A stretch of DNA of 64,000 nucleotides from contig JBDHHQ010000010.1 in assembly GCA_039589315.1 (NCBI GenBank), forward strand, positions 1 to 64,000, read 5' to 3'. Position numbers and translations under genes: made by a program. Below the pieces are notes generated by a model. The model did no database searches. It saw nothing but the letters and a program-made list of their open reading frames with translations, and had not been told where the DNA came from. Position 1 is the first letter of the stretch. Each line of letters begins with the position of its first letter. Shown here one piece after another: positions 9,275 through 18,120 of the stretch. Source of the stretch: Gemmatimonadota bacterium. Lineage in GTDB: Bacteria > Gemmatimonadota > Gemmatimonadetes > Longimicrobiales > Gaopeijiaceae.

Positions 9275-10348
9275 TCAGCCCCCGCCGGGCTCTCTGCCCT
9301 GCACGTACGGCAGGTCGTCCCGGGTGCCCCAGTCGTGCCAGGAACCGTCGTAGAACACCATGTCGTAGCCGAGCATCTGCCCGATCATGTAGTTCACCGA
9401 GGCCCGCAGGCCGATCATGCAGTAGGACACCGTGGTCCCGTCACGCGGCAGATCGGCTGCCGCGAAGAGCGAGGCCAGCTCCTCCCGGTCCCTGAACTTG
9501 GCCGGATTCCCGGGCACGGTGAGGTCTTCCCAGTAGAGCTGCGCGGCACCAGGAATGTGTCCCGGGTTGGCCATGCCCCCCATCCCGCCGTCCTCGCCGG
9601 TGTACTCGTCGTCGGGCCTGGCGTCGAGGAGCCCCACACTCGGGTCGTCGAGCCGTGCCGCGATCCACTCGGCGTCGACCTGCATATCCTCGCGTACCGA
9701 CGCCGTGAAGGTGGCGGCTGCGACCTCCGGGGCAGGCCCCTTCGCCAGCTCACGCCCCTCCTCCTCCCAGGACTGGAGGCCACCGTCGAGGAGGGCGGCC
9801 CGGTGCCCATGACCGAGGTAATCGAGAGTCATCCACAGCCGACCCGTCGTGGTGGTGCGCGTTCCGGTGATTACGACGTAGGTGTCGTTGGACACGCCCA
9901 CGGCAGCCAGCGCCTCTTCCAGCTCGGGCACTGAGCGCAACTCGACGCGCCAGGCCGGATCGCCGTCCCAGGCGATCGCGCTCAACGGCAGGTAGCGGGC
10001 GCCGGGAATACGGCCGTCCGTGTACCGGTCGTCCCGGCCTTCGACCTGCAGGACCACGACGTCGTCCCGGTCCATGTTGGCGGCCAGCCACGCAGTGGAG
10101 ACCAGCGGACTCGTGAACTCTCCGGCCTCCTGGGCGATGAGCGGGTCCTCGGCCGATGAAGCCCCCTCATTGGCCGGCTCACCGCGGGCGCACCCGGGGA
10201 GCACCAGCATCACGACTGCCGTGAGGGCCACGCCCAGGTCAGAGCCCTTCGCGAACCGGACGGCGCCCCTCCTCGGGGTTCCACCGTGCGCCTTCCTGGT
10301 CCGCAACGTCGCCGGTCCCGCCGATTCAGGCGTTACGCGTCCCTTCAT
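9275..10348 (-). CDS. Tandem-domain rhodanese/sulfurtransferase, predicted lipoprotein
   Basis: LVSTAWL, GRIPGA, LLDGGL, LLDARP, GHIPGA, active-site loop YCMIGLRAS, YDGSWHDW; lipobox-like LVLPGC; ATGA overlap with the M56 gene. Confidence 0.88.
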   Translation of the reverse strand: MKGRVTPESAGPATLRTRKAHGGTPRRGAVRFAKGSDLGVALTAVVMLVLPGCARGEPANEGASSAEDPLIAQEAGEFTSPLVSTAWLAANMDRDDVVVLQVEGRDDRYTDGRIPGARYLPLSAIAWDGDPAWRVELRSVPELEEALAAVGVSNDTYVVITGTRTTTTGRLWMTLDYLGHGHRAALLDGGLQSWEEEGRELAKGPAPEVAAATFTASVREDMQVDAEWIAARLDDPSVGLLDARPDDEYTGEDGGMGGMANPGHIPGAAQLYWEDLTVPGNPAKFRDREELASLFAAADLPRDGTTVSYCMIGLRASVNYMIGQMLGYDMVFYDGSWHDWGTRDDLPYVQGREPGGG

Positions 10349-11592
10349 CGTCTGCCCCCCTCGTCGTCTTCGGATGCAGCCAGCGGCACCGAGCCTTGGT
10401 ACGCCAACGGCTCCACGCCACCGTTCCGCCGCTCCTGCATCACCGCCATCTCCAGGTCTTGCTCCATGAGGGCTCCGGACGCGTGCCGCGCCGCCGGCTC
10501 CGCGCCGATCAGCGGGACGCACAGGAGGGCTCCAGCGAGCACGAATAGAGCCGGATCGAACCGTCGCCGGGCCATTCCCGGGCCTGAGCCCGCGCGGTCC
10601 GTCAGCCGTCGGGCCCTGCGAACGAGGTCCCCGTCGGTCAGCGCCAGCGCCTGACTCACCGGAGCCGCCGGGCGGAGTCCTTCCAGGGCCAGCAACGACC
10701 GGAGATACGCGGCGGCACCGCCCGGCACCGAGCTGGTCGCCACCTCGTCACAGCAGAACTCCCGCTCCTCCCGGATTCGCCCCACGATCCACCAGTACGC
10801 CGGGTGGTAGTAGAGCACGATCTCGCTGACCGACTGAATCGCGTTCACCAGGAAGTCGTGACGGCGGACGTGGGCCAGCTCGTGAGCGAGAATGGCCTCG
10901 ACCTCCGCCAGCGGCCGGTCCTCGTCGAGCCAGGACGGCAGCAGCACCAGCGGGCGACGCCAGCCGATGAGGCTCGGGACCTGCGCGAGGCGGGAGCGGG
11001 CCAGCCCAACCGGAACGGCGATCCCCATCTCCGAGGCCAGACGCGAGAGCGACCGCGTCCATTCCTGTGGGGCGGTCTCCGCCGTCACCCGCAGCCGCCG
11101 GACCGTGCGCCAGGCCCCGACGGCTCCGACAGCGCGTACGCCCACGCCGAAGAGCCACACCAGGGCCAGCAACGACAGGAGCATGCCCACCCGTACGGCC
11201 TGCTGCCCGGAGATCCAGGGCGGCATCGAGGCTTCGTGGCGCGCCTGGATCGCCGCCGCCGTGGGTACGGCCGTGGCATTGGGGTCCGGGACGTGTCCGA
11301 CGCCCGGCTTGTAGCGGACGCCGTTCTCGATCATCCAGACGTAGTGGTTGTGGCCCTCCCAATGGCCCCGTAGCTCCACCGCGAGCTGAGCCGGCACCGC
11401 CACCAGCACCACGAGGGCTCCACACGCCATTCCGTAGCGAACGGCCGAGGCCCGTCGGCGCAGGACGAAGAACGCCACCGACAGCGCGCCGGCCGCGAGA
11501 CAGCCGATCCACAGAGAGTGGGTCAACACCCATCCGATCTGGTGCAAGGTCGGTGACCCCAAGACTACTCCACCACCCAAACCGCCCATCAC
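10345..11592 (-). CDS. M56 family metallopeptidase (BlaR1/MecR1-like signal transducer) without a penicillin-binding domain
   Basis: GWVLTHSLW, PSLIGWRRPLVLLP, zinc motif AHELAHVRRHD, YYHPAYWW, EREFCCDE. Confidence 0.9.
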   Translation of the reverse strand: MMGGLGGGVVLGSPTLHQIGWVLTHSLWIGCLAAGALSVAFFVLRRRASAVRYGMACGALVVLVAVPAQLAVELRGHWEGHNHYVWMIENGVRYKPGVGHVPDPNATAVPTAAAIQARHEASMPPWISGQQAVRVGMLLSLLALVWLFGVGVRAVGAVGAWRTVRRLRVTAETAPQEWTRSLSRLASEMGIAVPVGLARSRLAQVPSLIGWRRPLVLLPSWLDEDRPLAEVEAILAHELAHVRRHDFLVNAIQSVSEIVLYYHPAYWWIVGRIREEREFCCDEVATSSVPGGAAAYLRSLLALEGLRPAAPVSQALALTDGDLVRRARRLTDRAGSGPGMARRRFDPALFVLAGALLCVPLIGAEPAARHASGALMEQDLEMAVMQERRNGGVEPLAYQGSVPLAASEDDEGGRR

Positions 11593-11984
11593 CCCTCTCC
11601 TTCCAACCGATCCAACAACTGCCTGATTTCCTGGATCTCCGTCGCCGTTGCCGGCCGAGTGGACAGCGCTCTGAGGACCAAGCGACCGGCGGATCCGGAG
11701 AAGCCTCGATCGATCAGCTCGGAGACCAGCCGGGTCTCCGTGCCCTTCTCGGCGACCGCCGGTTCGTACACGTGGCTTCGGGACGATTCGTCACGTTCCA
11801 CGAGGCCCTTCTCATGCATGATCTGCAGGAGCTTGAGGACCGTCGTATACCCCACTTTCCGGTCCTTGCGAAGGTGCTCCAGGACTTCCCGGACTGTCTG
11901 GGGCCCGTCTCTCCAGAGCACTTGCAGGATGGCGAGCTCGGCGTCCGTGGGGAGCGGCAGGCCTGCACGTGTCTCAGGGCTCAT
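11589..11984 (-). CDS. BlaI/MecI/CopY family transcriptional repressor
   Basis: PTDAELAILQVLWRDGPQTVREV, GYTTVLKLLQIMHEKGLV, FSGSAGRLV; overlaps the M56 start. Confidence 0.93.
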   Translation of the reverse strand: MSPETRAGLPLPTDAELAILQVLWRDGPQTVREVLEHLRKDRKVGYTTVLKLLQIMHEKGLVERDESSRSHVYEPAVAEKGTETRLVSELIDRGFSGSAGRLVLRALSTRPATATEIQEIRQLLDRLEGEG

Positions 11985-12125
11985 CGAGTCCTCTCGCAAT
12001 CCTCTTCCACCCTCCAAACGCCCCCCCCACGATCTCGGTCCGGGACCCGATGCCGACACCCGATCGATTCGCATCGGCCGTCGGGCAGTGACCCGGCTTC
12101 TGCCTCGGCGCTCGGCCGGGCGTCA

Positions 12126-12141
12126 TACGAAGTGTGTCGTA
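12126..12141. promoter_or_regulatory. Putative BlaI-family operator palindrome
   Basis: TACGA-AGTGTG-TCGTA in an AT-richer patch about 140 bp upstream of the repressor start. Confidence 0.55.
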
Positions 12142-12285
12142 CTTTATCAGTATGGCGCAGCGCGGGCAATGGTTTCGGGTGGCGCGGCTGGACGGCCTGG
12201 GAGGGGCTCAGGGAGGCGGCGGCCCCCGTAGCCGACTGGGGGAGGCGGGGCGCCAGCAGCGTAACGGCCGGCCCCTTACCGGGGC

Positions 12286-13689
12286 TCAGGGAGGAGGGCC
12301 GCCCCAGTAATCGATGCCTCCGGACTGGAGGCCCAGATCCACCGTGGCAACCAACTCCAGCGCCTCCAGGTCGAAGATGTCCAGCGTACCTGGCACCGCC
12401 CCCACCGCCTCGTTGGTCACGAACGCGTGGCGCCCATCGGGGCTGGCCACCACTCCGTGAGTGATGGGCCGACTCGTGGGCAGCCGGGCGATCTCCGCGC
12501 CCCGTTTCAGGTCGAACACCGCGATGGACTGCTCGCCCTTCAGGGTGGCCACCAGGAGGCGTCCGTCGGCGGTGGCCTCGAGGTTGTAGGGCGCCCGTCC
12601 GGTCGAAAACCGGCGCCGGACCTCCCAGGTGCCCACATCCACCTCGAGGACCTCCGCGTTCTTGTTGCACGCCACGTACACGACCCGGTCGGCGCCCGAC
12701 CCCTGCCCCGGCTCCGCCCACGTGGGGGAGCAAGGCTGGGCGCCCGCCGGCGGCGTGGCGGCGCTGACCGATGAAGACGTTCCCTCGCCACCCATGGCGG
12801 CACCCGCGTGCTCCGCCGCTCCCGCCCCTCCTGCGTGGCCGGACGGGGCCGCACTCCCTCCGCTCGACGCGCCCGCAGCGTGCTTCACCGCCCCGGGCTC
12901 GTCTTCCAGCCTCAGCGCGCCCTCGTGCCCGGGCGTCAACAGGTACCTGGCCGAGACGGCCAGCGACGCCAGGTCCAGCTCGACGAGCTGGTCCGAGTGC
13001 ATGCAGACGGAGTACTGGTGGCTGCCCGACGCGTCGACCCGGCTCCCGTGAGGCATGAGGCACGTCTCGACCTTGGCCACCTCCACCATCTGGGGCGTGA
13101 ACACCACCGACACCGACGACGGGACCATGTCGCCATGGAGGTTGAAGTTGGCGGTCAACAGCATGCGGCCGTCCGGCGTGACCCCCATGGTGGCGGGGAA
13201 CCGCCCCAGCTCGCTCCGGCCCACCAGGGTGTCGGGGCCCGCGTGGAACTGCCACACGGAGCCGTAGGGTGTCCCGTGGGCGATCGTCACGTACCAGTGG
13301 CGCCCGTCGGGTGACACGGTGATCCCGTGCGCTCCGTCGATGTCGCCGGGCATGACGCCCACCGGAATCTCCCCGTCGACCCACGCGCCTTGGCCCGGCA
13401 CGAACGCCACTCGACTCACCATGTCCGACGACTCGTTGGCCACGTAGACCCGGTGTGTGTCGGCCGCTGCTGTCAGTGAGTGGTCGACAGAGACCGCGCC
13501 GGGGAGCCCCGAGACGGCGCCAAGAGCGGCCATCGGCGCGCGGCCGTCCGGCACCGAGGCCTGGACGACGGGGCCGGGCACGGCGGGGTTCTGGTCCGGC
13601 GGCGCCGAAGCGAGCGCCAGGAATGCCAGACCCAGAGCGCACACCGAGCCGACGCCGCGCACACGAGGATCGAAGCGAGACCCCGTCAC
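12286..13689 (-). CDS. Exported YVTN/YncE-like beta-propeller protein
   Basis: Repeats VYVANESSD, HGITVSPDG, MGVTPDG, LEATADG, HGVVASPDG; hydrophobic N-terminal signal; Gly/Ala/His-rich internal loop. Start uncertain (GTG 13689 chosen). Confidence 0.75.
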   Translation of the reverse strand: MTGSRFDPRVRGVGSVCALGLAFLALASAPPDQNPAVPGPVVQASVPDGRAPMAALGAVSGLPGAVSVDHSLTAAADTHRVYVANESSDMVSRVAFVPGQGAWVDGEIPVGVMPGDIDGAHGITVSPDGRHWYVTIAHGTPYGSVWQFHAGPDTLVGRSELGRFPATMGVTPDGRMLLTANFNLHGDMVPSSVSVVFTPQMVEVAKVETCLMPHGSRVDASGSHQYSVCMHSDQLVELDLASLAVSARYLLTPGHEGALRLEDEPGAVKHAAGASSGGSAAPSGHAGGAGAAEHAGAAMGGEGTSSSVSAATPPAGAQPCSPTWAEPGQGSGADRVVYVACNKNAEVLEVDVGTWEVRRRFSTGRAPYNLEATADGRLLVATLKGEQSIAVFDLKRGAEIARLPTSRPITHGVVASPDGRHAFVTNEAVGAVPGTLDIFDLEALELVATVDLGLQSGGIDYWGGPPP

Positions 13690-13768
13690 GTCCGCCAACC
13701 TGGTTGTGGTGATGCAGAAAACGTGATGCGATTCGGGAGGTGAGACACGACGCCTGCCCGTCCCAAAC

Positions 13769-14764
13769 CTAAGCCCGCCCCCGCGTCGGTGCACCACCGG
13801 ACTCGGGAGATGGAGGGGAGCCCGAGGTAGGGATCTGGTAGAGCCGCCGCGGCTCCAGCTGGAACGTGACATGCTCGATGCCGTAGGCCGCCAGACGGTC
13901 CCGGATCTGATCCAGGACCGTCACCTGGCGCGTAGGATCGTCGATGACGCCGTGGCCGCTGAGCGCTACGAAGCCGCTGGTCAGGGTCCACACATGAAGA
14001 TCGTGGATGTCGTGCAGATCAGGGATCTCCTGCAGCTCCGCCAACAGCCGGTCCATGTCGATGTGGGCGGGGGCCGCCTCCATGAGCACGTCCGTCGCTT
14101 CCCGCACCAGCCTCCAGGCGCTGATCAGGATCAGGGCGGCGATCAACAGGGAGATGATGGGGTCGGCCAAGGTCCAGCCCGTCAGCAGGATAACGAGACC
14201 CGCCGTGATGGCCCCCACCGAGCCGAGCAGATCACCCAGGACGTGCAGGTACGCGCCCCGCATGTTCAGGCTGTGGCCGGCATGACCGTGGAGCAACAGC
14301 GCACCGGTGACGTTGACGGCGAGCCCGATTACGGCCACGACCAGCATCAGCGGACCGTTCACCTCGGGGGGGAACCGGAGCCGGTCGTACGCCTCCCAGC
14401 AGATCAGCCCCGCGATCACCAGCAGAGTGGCGCCGTTCACGAGGGCCGCGAGTATTTCCAACCGCACGTAGCCGTACGTCCGGCGCTCCGTGGGCGGCCG
14501 CATGGCCAGACGAATGGCCACCAGGGAAAGGAGTAGGGCACCCACGTCCGCGAACATGTGCCCGGCGTCCGCCAACAGAGCCAGCGAGTTGGAGAGCACG
14601 CCACCGACCACCTCGGCCACCACGAACAGGCCCGTGATGGTCAGGACGAAGCGAAGGCGACGGCGCTCCGCCTCCCGGTCGCGCTCACCGGAGCCCGGAC
14701 CGCCTCCGGCACTCGCCGGCCCGCCGCGGACGTGACCGTGGGAATGAGGATGATCGTGTGCCAT
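13769..14764 (-). CDS. Cation diffusion facilitator (CzcD/ZitB-like Zn/Co/Cd exporter)
   Basis: His-rich N-terminus HDHPHSHGH; SLALLADAGHMFAD, TYGYVRLEILAA, NMRGAYLHVLGD, HDLHVWTL, HVTFQLE. Confidence 0.93.
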   Translation of the reverse strand: MAHDHPHSHGHVRGGPASAGGGPGSGERDREAERRRLRFVLTITGLFVVAEVVGGVLSNSLALLADAGHMFADVGALLLSLVAIRLAMRPPTERRTYGYVRLEILAALVNGATLLVIAGLICWEAYDRLRFPPEVNGPLMLVVAVIGLAVNVTGALLLHGHAGHSLNMRGAYLHVLGDLLGSVGAITAGLVILLTGWTLADPIISLLIAALILISAWRLVREATDVLMEAAPAHIDMDRLLAELQEIPDLHDIHDLHVWTLTSGFVALSGHGVIDDPTRQVTVLDQIRDRLAAYGIEHVTFQLEPRRLYQIPTSGSPPSPESGGAPTRGRA

Positions 14765-14916
14765 GACTCGCCAACCGCTCGCGGTGGAGCGATGATGGTT
14801 CGGTCCGGACCGGTGCGGGCCGCCGCCGTGACCGGCAGGCCGCCCGTACCCCTGCATGGATTCGCAACCTAACGCGACCTCGGCGCCCCCCTCAATTGCC
14901 ACCATTCGTGCCAGCG

Positions 14917-15276
14917 ATGCCCGAGCCCGAGAACCGGTCGAGCGAGCTCAGCTTCCGGGAGCGCGTGCTGAAGGTCGTCGCGGCTATCCCCGAAGGACGG
15001 GTGGTGAGCTACGGTGGGGTGGCGATTCTCGCAGGAAGCCCACGGGCCGCTAGGGGGGTGGGGTGGGTGCTCAATGCACACGGGGGCGACGTACCGTGGT
15101 GGCGGGTCGTGAACGGATCGGGTCGGGTGGCGCCGGCCCGGCCCAAGCACGCGGCACGACTGCAGCAATCGCTGCTGGAGGACGAAGGCGTCCGGTTCAC
15201 GGCGGGCCAAATCGACTTCGACCGGTTCGGCTGGGTGCCGGAGGCAACCCCTGGGGCGGACCCGCTGCGTTGTTGA
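14917..15276 (+). CDS. MGMT-family alkyltransferase-like (ATL) protein
   Basis: IPEGRVVSYG, RAARGVG, PWWRVVN (Trp in place of the catalytic Cys of PCHRV), LLEDEGV. Confidence 0.9.
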   Translation: MPEPENRSSELSFRERVLKVVAAIPEGRVVSYGGVAILAGSPRAARGVGWVLNAHGGDVPWWRVVNGSGRVAPARPKHAARLQQSLLEDEGVRFTAGQIDFDRFGWVPEATPGADPLRC

Positions 15277-15304
15277 AGGCGGAGCGACCGCCCTATCTTG
15301 AGGT

Positions 15305-15658
15305 GTGATCCCGAAACGCCGATGCACCGCGCCCCCAGTGTTGATGTTGCTGGTGATCGGGGCAGCTTGCGCGCCGGCGGCACCCTCCGCATCCAACGAA
15401 TCTGAGGCCGTGACGTACGATACCATAGAGGAGGCCCATGCGGCGCTGACCGAGCGATTGATCGACCGCACGGGAATCGCGGGCACGGCCATCGGCGCAT
15501 GCGACGGGAACCCCTGCCTCAAAGTTTACGTAGTGCGTAGAGACGACCCGGTGCTTGCGGAGGTCCCCTCGACCTTCGGAGGCTACCCCGTCGACATCGA
15601 GGTCAGCGGCGAATTCCGCGCGGGCGGCACCGACCCTGCGGGGTCCGGTGGTGTCTGA
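15305..15658 (+). CDS. Small predicted lipoprotein; stand-alone homologue of the N-terminal domain of the adjacent protease
   Basis: KRR + hydrophobic stretch + GAAC lipobox-like site; domain IEEAH..LTERLIDRTGIAG..G..GNPCLKVYV..PSTFGGYPV.IEVSG.FRA. Start uncertain. Confidence 0.75.
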   Translation: MIPKRRCTAPPVLMLLVIGAACAPAAPSASNESEAVTYDTIEEAHAALTERLIDRTGIAGTAIGACDGNPCLKVYVVRRDDPVLAEVPSTFGGYPVDIEVSGEFRAGGTDPAGSGGV

Positions 15659-15692
15659 TGGAGAAGGCAGAACCTGACGAAGGGATGGACTT

Positions 15693-16850
15693 TTGAGCGC
15701 GTTCGAGATCCCCCTCAAAAGGACGTTCGCCTGGCTTCGGGCGTTCCTGATCCCCGCCGCACGGTTCGGCGTGCGCGGCGCGATCATCATCTATGGGGCC
15801 GTGCTGCTGTTCGCCGGTATCTGGCTCGATTGGTTCGGCGACGGCCCGCCGCCCGTACCCGGGAGCGGCCTGTCAATCTCGGTGATGGAGGTGCCCCAGG
15901 AAGCGCTCGATCGGGCGTTTACGGCCCACGCGACCCACGCCGGCTCGCTCCTCGACCGTCCGGGGGTCGTCGCCGCCGGCGTCGGGCTGGACGCCACGGG
16001 CCAGCCGGCCCTCAAGGTCTATGTGACCGAGGCCGCCGCCATCAGCCTGCCCGCCACCCTGGACGGCGTGCCCGTCACCCTGGACGTGGCCGGCGAGATC
16101 TGGGCGCTCCAGGACGCGCCTGCCACCTTCTGCCCCGACTGTGGTGACGCCCGGGACGAGACAGCCGACGCCAAGCCGGCGTCCCGTTTCGACCGGCCCG
16201 TTCCCATCGGCGTATCCGCAGGCCACCCATCCATCACGGCCGGGACCATCGGAGCCCGCGTCACCGACGGGTCGAAGGTGTTCGCGCTGAGCAACAATCA
16301 CGTGTTCGCGGCCGAGAACCGGGCCAACCTCAACGATCACGTGCTCCAGCCGGGTCCGGTGGACGGAGGCGTCAACCCGGGTGACGCCATCGGTACGCTC
16401 GTGGATTACGAGCCAGTTGAGTTCTCGTTCGGGTCGTCGAACCGCATGGACGCCGCCATCGCCTTGTCCACGCCCGAGAACCTGGGCAACTCGACGCCCG
16501 AGGAGGGTTACGGAACCCCCCGGTCGGAGACCGTCAGCCCCCGGATCGGGCTCAAGGTCAAGAAGTTCGGCCGCACCACCGGCCACACGCACGGCTCCAT
16601 CGATGCCATCATGGCCACGGTGAACGTGCGCTATCACCAGGGACAGGCGCGGTTCGTGAATCAGATCCTGATCAAGCCCGGCAACTTCAGCGCCGGCGGC
16701 GACTCGGGATCGCTCGTCGTCGCCGACGGCGGGAGCGACGACAACAAGCCGGTCGGCCTGGTCTTCGCCGGCAGTACCATCGTGAGCATCGCCAACCCCA
16801 TCGACCCGATTCTGGAGCGATTCGGGGTCACCATCGACGGAAGCGACTAG
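15693..16850 (+). CDS. Membrane-anchored trypsin-like (PA clan/S1, NAL1-like) serine protease
   Basis: N-terminal TM (GAIIIYGAVLLFAGIWL); catalytic-triad motifs LSNNH, MDAA, GDSGS; also GTIGA, LQPG, KFGRTTGHTHG, VGLVFAGS. Confidence 0.85.
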   Translation: MSAFEIPLKRTFAWLRAFLIPAARFGVRGAIIIYGAVLLFAGIWLDWFGDGPPPVPGSGLSISVMEVPQEALDRAFTAHATHAGSLLDRPGVVAAGVGLDATGQPALKVYVTEAAAISLPATLDGVPVTLDVAGEIWALQDAPATFCPDCGDARDETADAKPASRFDRPVPIGVSAGHPSITAGTIGARVTDGSKVFALSNNHVFAAENRANLNDHVLQPGPVDGGVNPGDAIGTLVDYEPVEFSFGSSNRMDAAIALSTPENLGNSTPEEGYGTPRSETVSPRIGLKVKKFGRTTGHTHGSIDAIMATVNVRYHQGQARFVNQILIKPGNFSAGGDSGSLVVADGGSDDNKPVGLVFAGSTIVSIANPIDPILERFGVTIDGSD

Positions 16851-16858
16851 GGACCACC

Positions 16859-17077
16859 ATGGCGAAGCGAGGGATTGAAGACGCACATCGGAAGCTGACG
16901 GACCGCATCATCGACCTGCCGGGCATCGCAGGGGTCGGCGTGGGGTCCCGCAGAGGGAAGCCGTGCCTCAAGGTCTACGTGGAGACCGGTGGGTCGGCGC
17001 TGCGCAGCAAGATTCCGTCTTCCGTGCTCGGGTTCCCGGTTGCGGTGGAGAAGTCCGGACCGATCCGGGCCCAGTGA
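16859..17077 (+). CDS. Small basic protein without signal peptide; second stand-alone homologue of the protease N-terminal domain
   Basis: IEDAH.KLTDRIIDLPGIAGVGVG..GKPCLKVYV..PSSVLGFPV.VEKSGPIRA; ATG 8 nt after the protease stop, with AGGGA RBS. Confidence 0.8.
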   Translation: MAKRGIEDAHRKLTDRIIDLPGIAGVGVGSRRGKPCLKVYVETGGSALRSKIPSSVLGFPVAVEKSGPIRAQ

Positions 17078-17106
17078 AGCGGACATCCACGCGTGAGGGC
17101 GCGGTC

Positions 17107-18120
17107 ATGACGGACCGGCTCCTCGCCTCGGCCCTCCTCTTCGGCTCGCTCCTCCTGGCCGGCTGCGATCAGACAGGCGCCTACGGCGACACGGACAGCA
17201 TCATCCTCGCCACGTCTCCCGATCTCTGGGCTGAGATCCAGGACTCGGTCTTGGCCGCCTTGGAGCCCCGCGTGTTCACGGTCCGCCAGGAGCAGACCTT
17301 CCAGGTCACGTTTCAGGATCCGGGCCACGCCGACTGGGGCAACCTGAGGCAGTTCAAGCAGGAGCTCCTCATCGGCCGCGCCGCCGATCCCTGGATGACT
17401 GAAGCCGTCGCGCAGCTCGACCCTGGTGAGGTCGATCCGCCGCAGCTCCTTCAGACCTACAATGTCTGGGCGCGCGGGCAGAACGTGACCCTCATGCTTC
17501 TGTCCCCCGACGGGGGAGTGGACGAGGTGCTGGGGCTGCTCGACGAGCTGCACGAGCTATTCGACCGGCAGTTCCGGGAGTATGCTCAGGCCCGCATGTT
17601 CACCACGGGTCCCGACTCGGCCCTGGCCGACACGCTCAGGGCCGAAGCCGGCTTTTCGCTGATCGTGCCCGAGGTGTACTACTGGGACCGCATGGACGGC
17701 GTCTACATCTTTCGGAACGACAACCCCGACCCGTCGGAGTTGATTCGCCAGATCACGGTCACTTGGCGAACGCCGGCCTCGGAAGAGCTCGACACCGAGG
17801 GGCTGCTGAGCTGGCGTGCCGACGTGGCCGCTGCCTACTTCGGGACGCCTCAGGACGTCGACCTGGGCTTTGTCGAAGAGACGACGGGTCAGCTCGACGG
17901 GAAGGACATGCTGCAGGTCCAGGCGGTGTGGGAGAACCCCCCCGAGCTCGACTGGCCGGCAGGCGGCCCGTTCATCACCCGGACGATCCGGTGTACCGCC
18001 GACGATCGGCTGTTCCTGCTCGACGCTTGGCTCTACGCCCCCGGCAAGGCAAAGTACGAGTACATGATCCAGCTGGAGACGATCCTGGACTCGTTCCGCT
18101 GCGACCTCGGAGCGACCTGA
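17107..18120 (+). CDS. DUF4837-like lipoprotein
   Basis: Lipobox LLAGC; motifs NVWARGQ, GFSLIVP, AGGPFIT, DAWLYAPGKAK. Confidence 0.7.
   Translation: MTDRLLASALLFGSLLLAGCDQTGAYGDTDSIILATSPDLWAEIQDSVLAALEPRVFTVRQEQTFQVTFQDPGHADWGNLRQFKQELLIGRAADPWMTEAVAQLDPGEVDPPQLLQTYNVWARGQNVTLMLLSPDGGVDEVLGLLDELHELFDRQFREYAQARMFTTGPDSALADTLRAEAGFSLIVPEVYYWDRMDGVYIFRNDNPDPSELIRQITVTWRTPASEELDTEGLLSWRADVAAAYFGTPQDVDLGFVEETTGQLDGKDMLQVQAVWENPPELDWPAGGPFITRTIRCTADDRLFLLDAWLYAPGKAKYEYMIQLETILDSFRCDLGAT

Noticed and set aside
10345..11984. Beta-lactam resistance locus
   Set aside because: No penicillin-binding sensor domain or adjacent beta-lactamase; the MBL-fold gene is ~30 kb away and generic.
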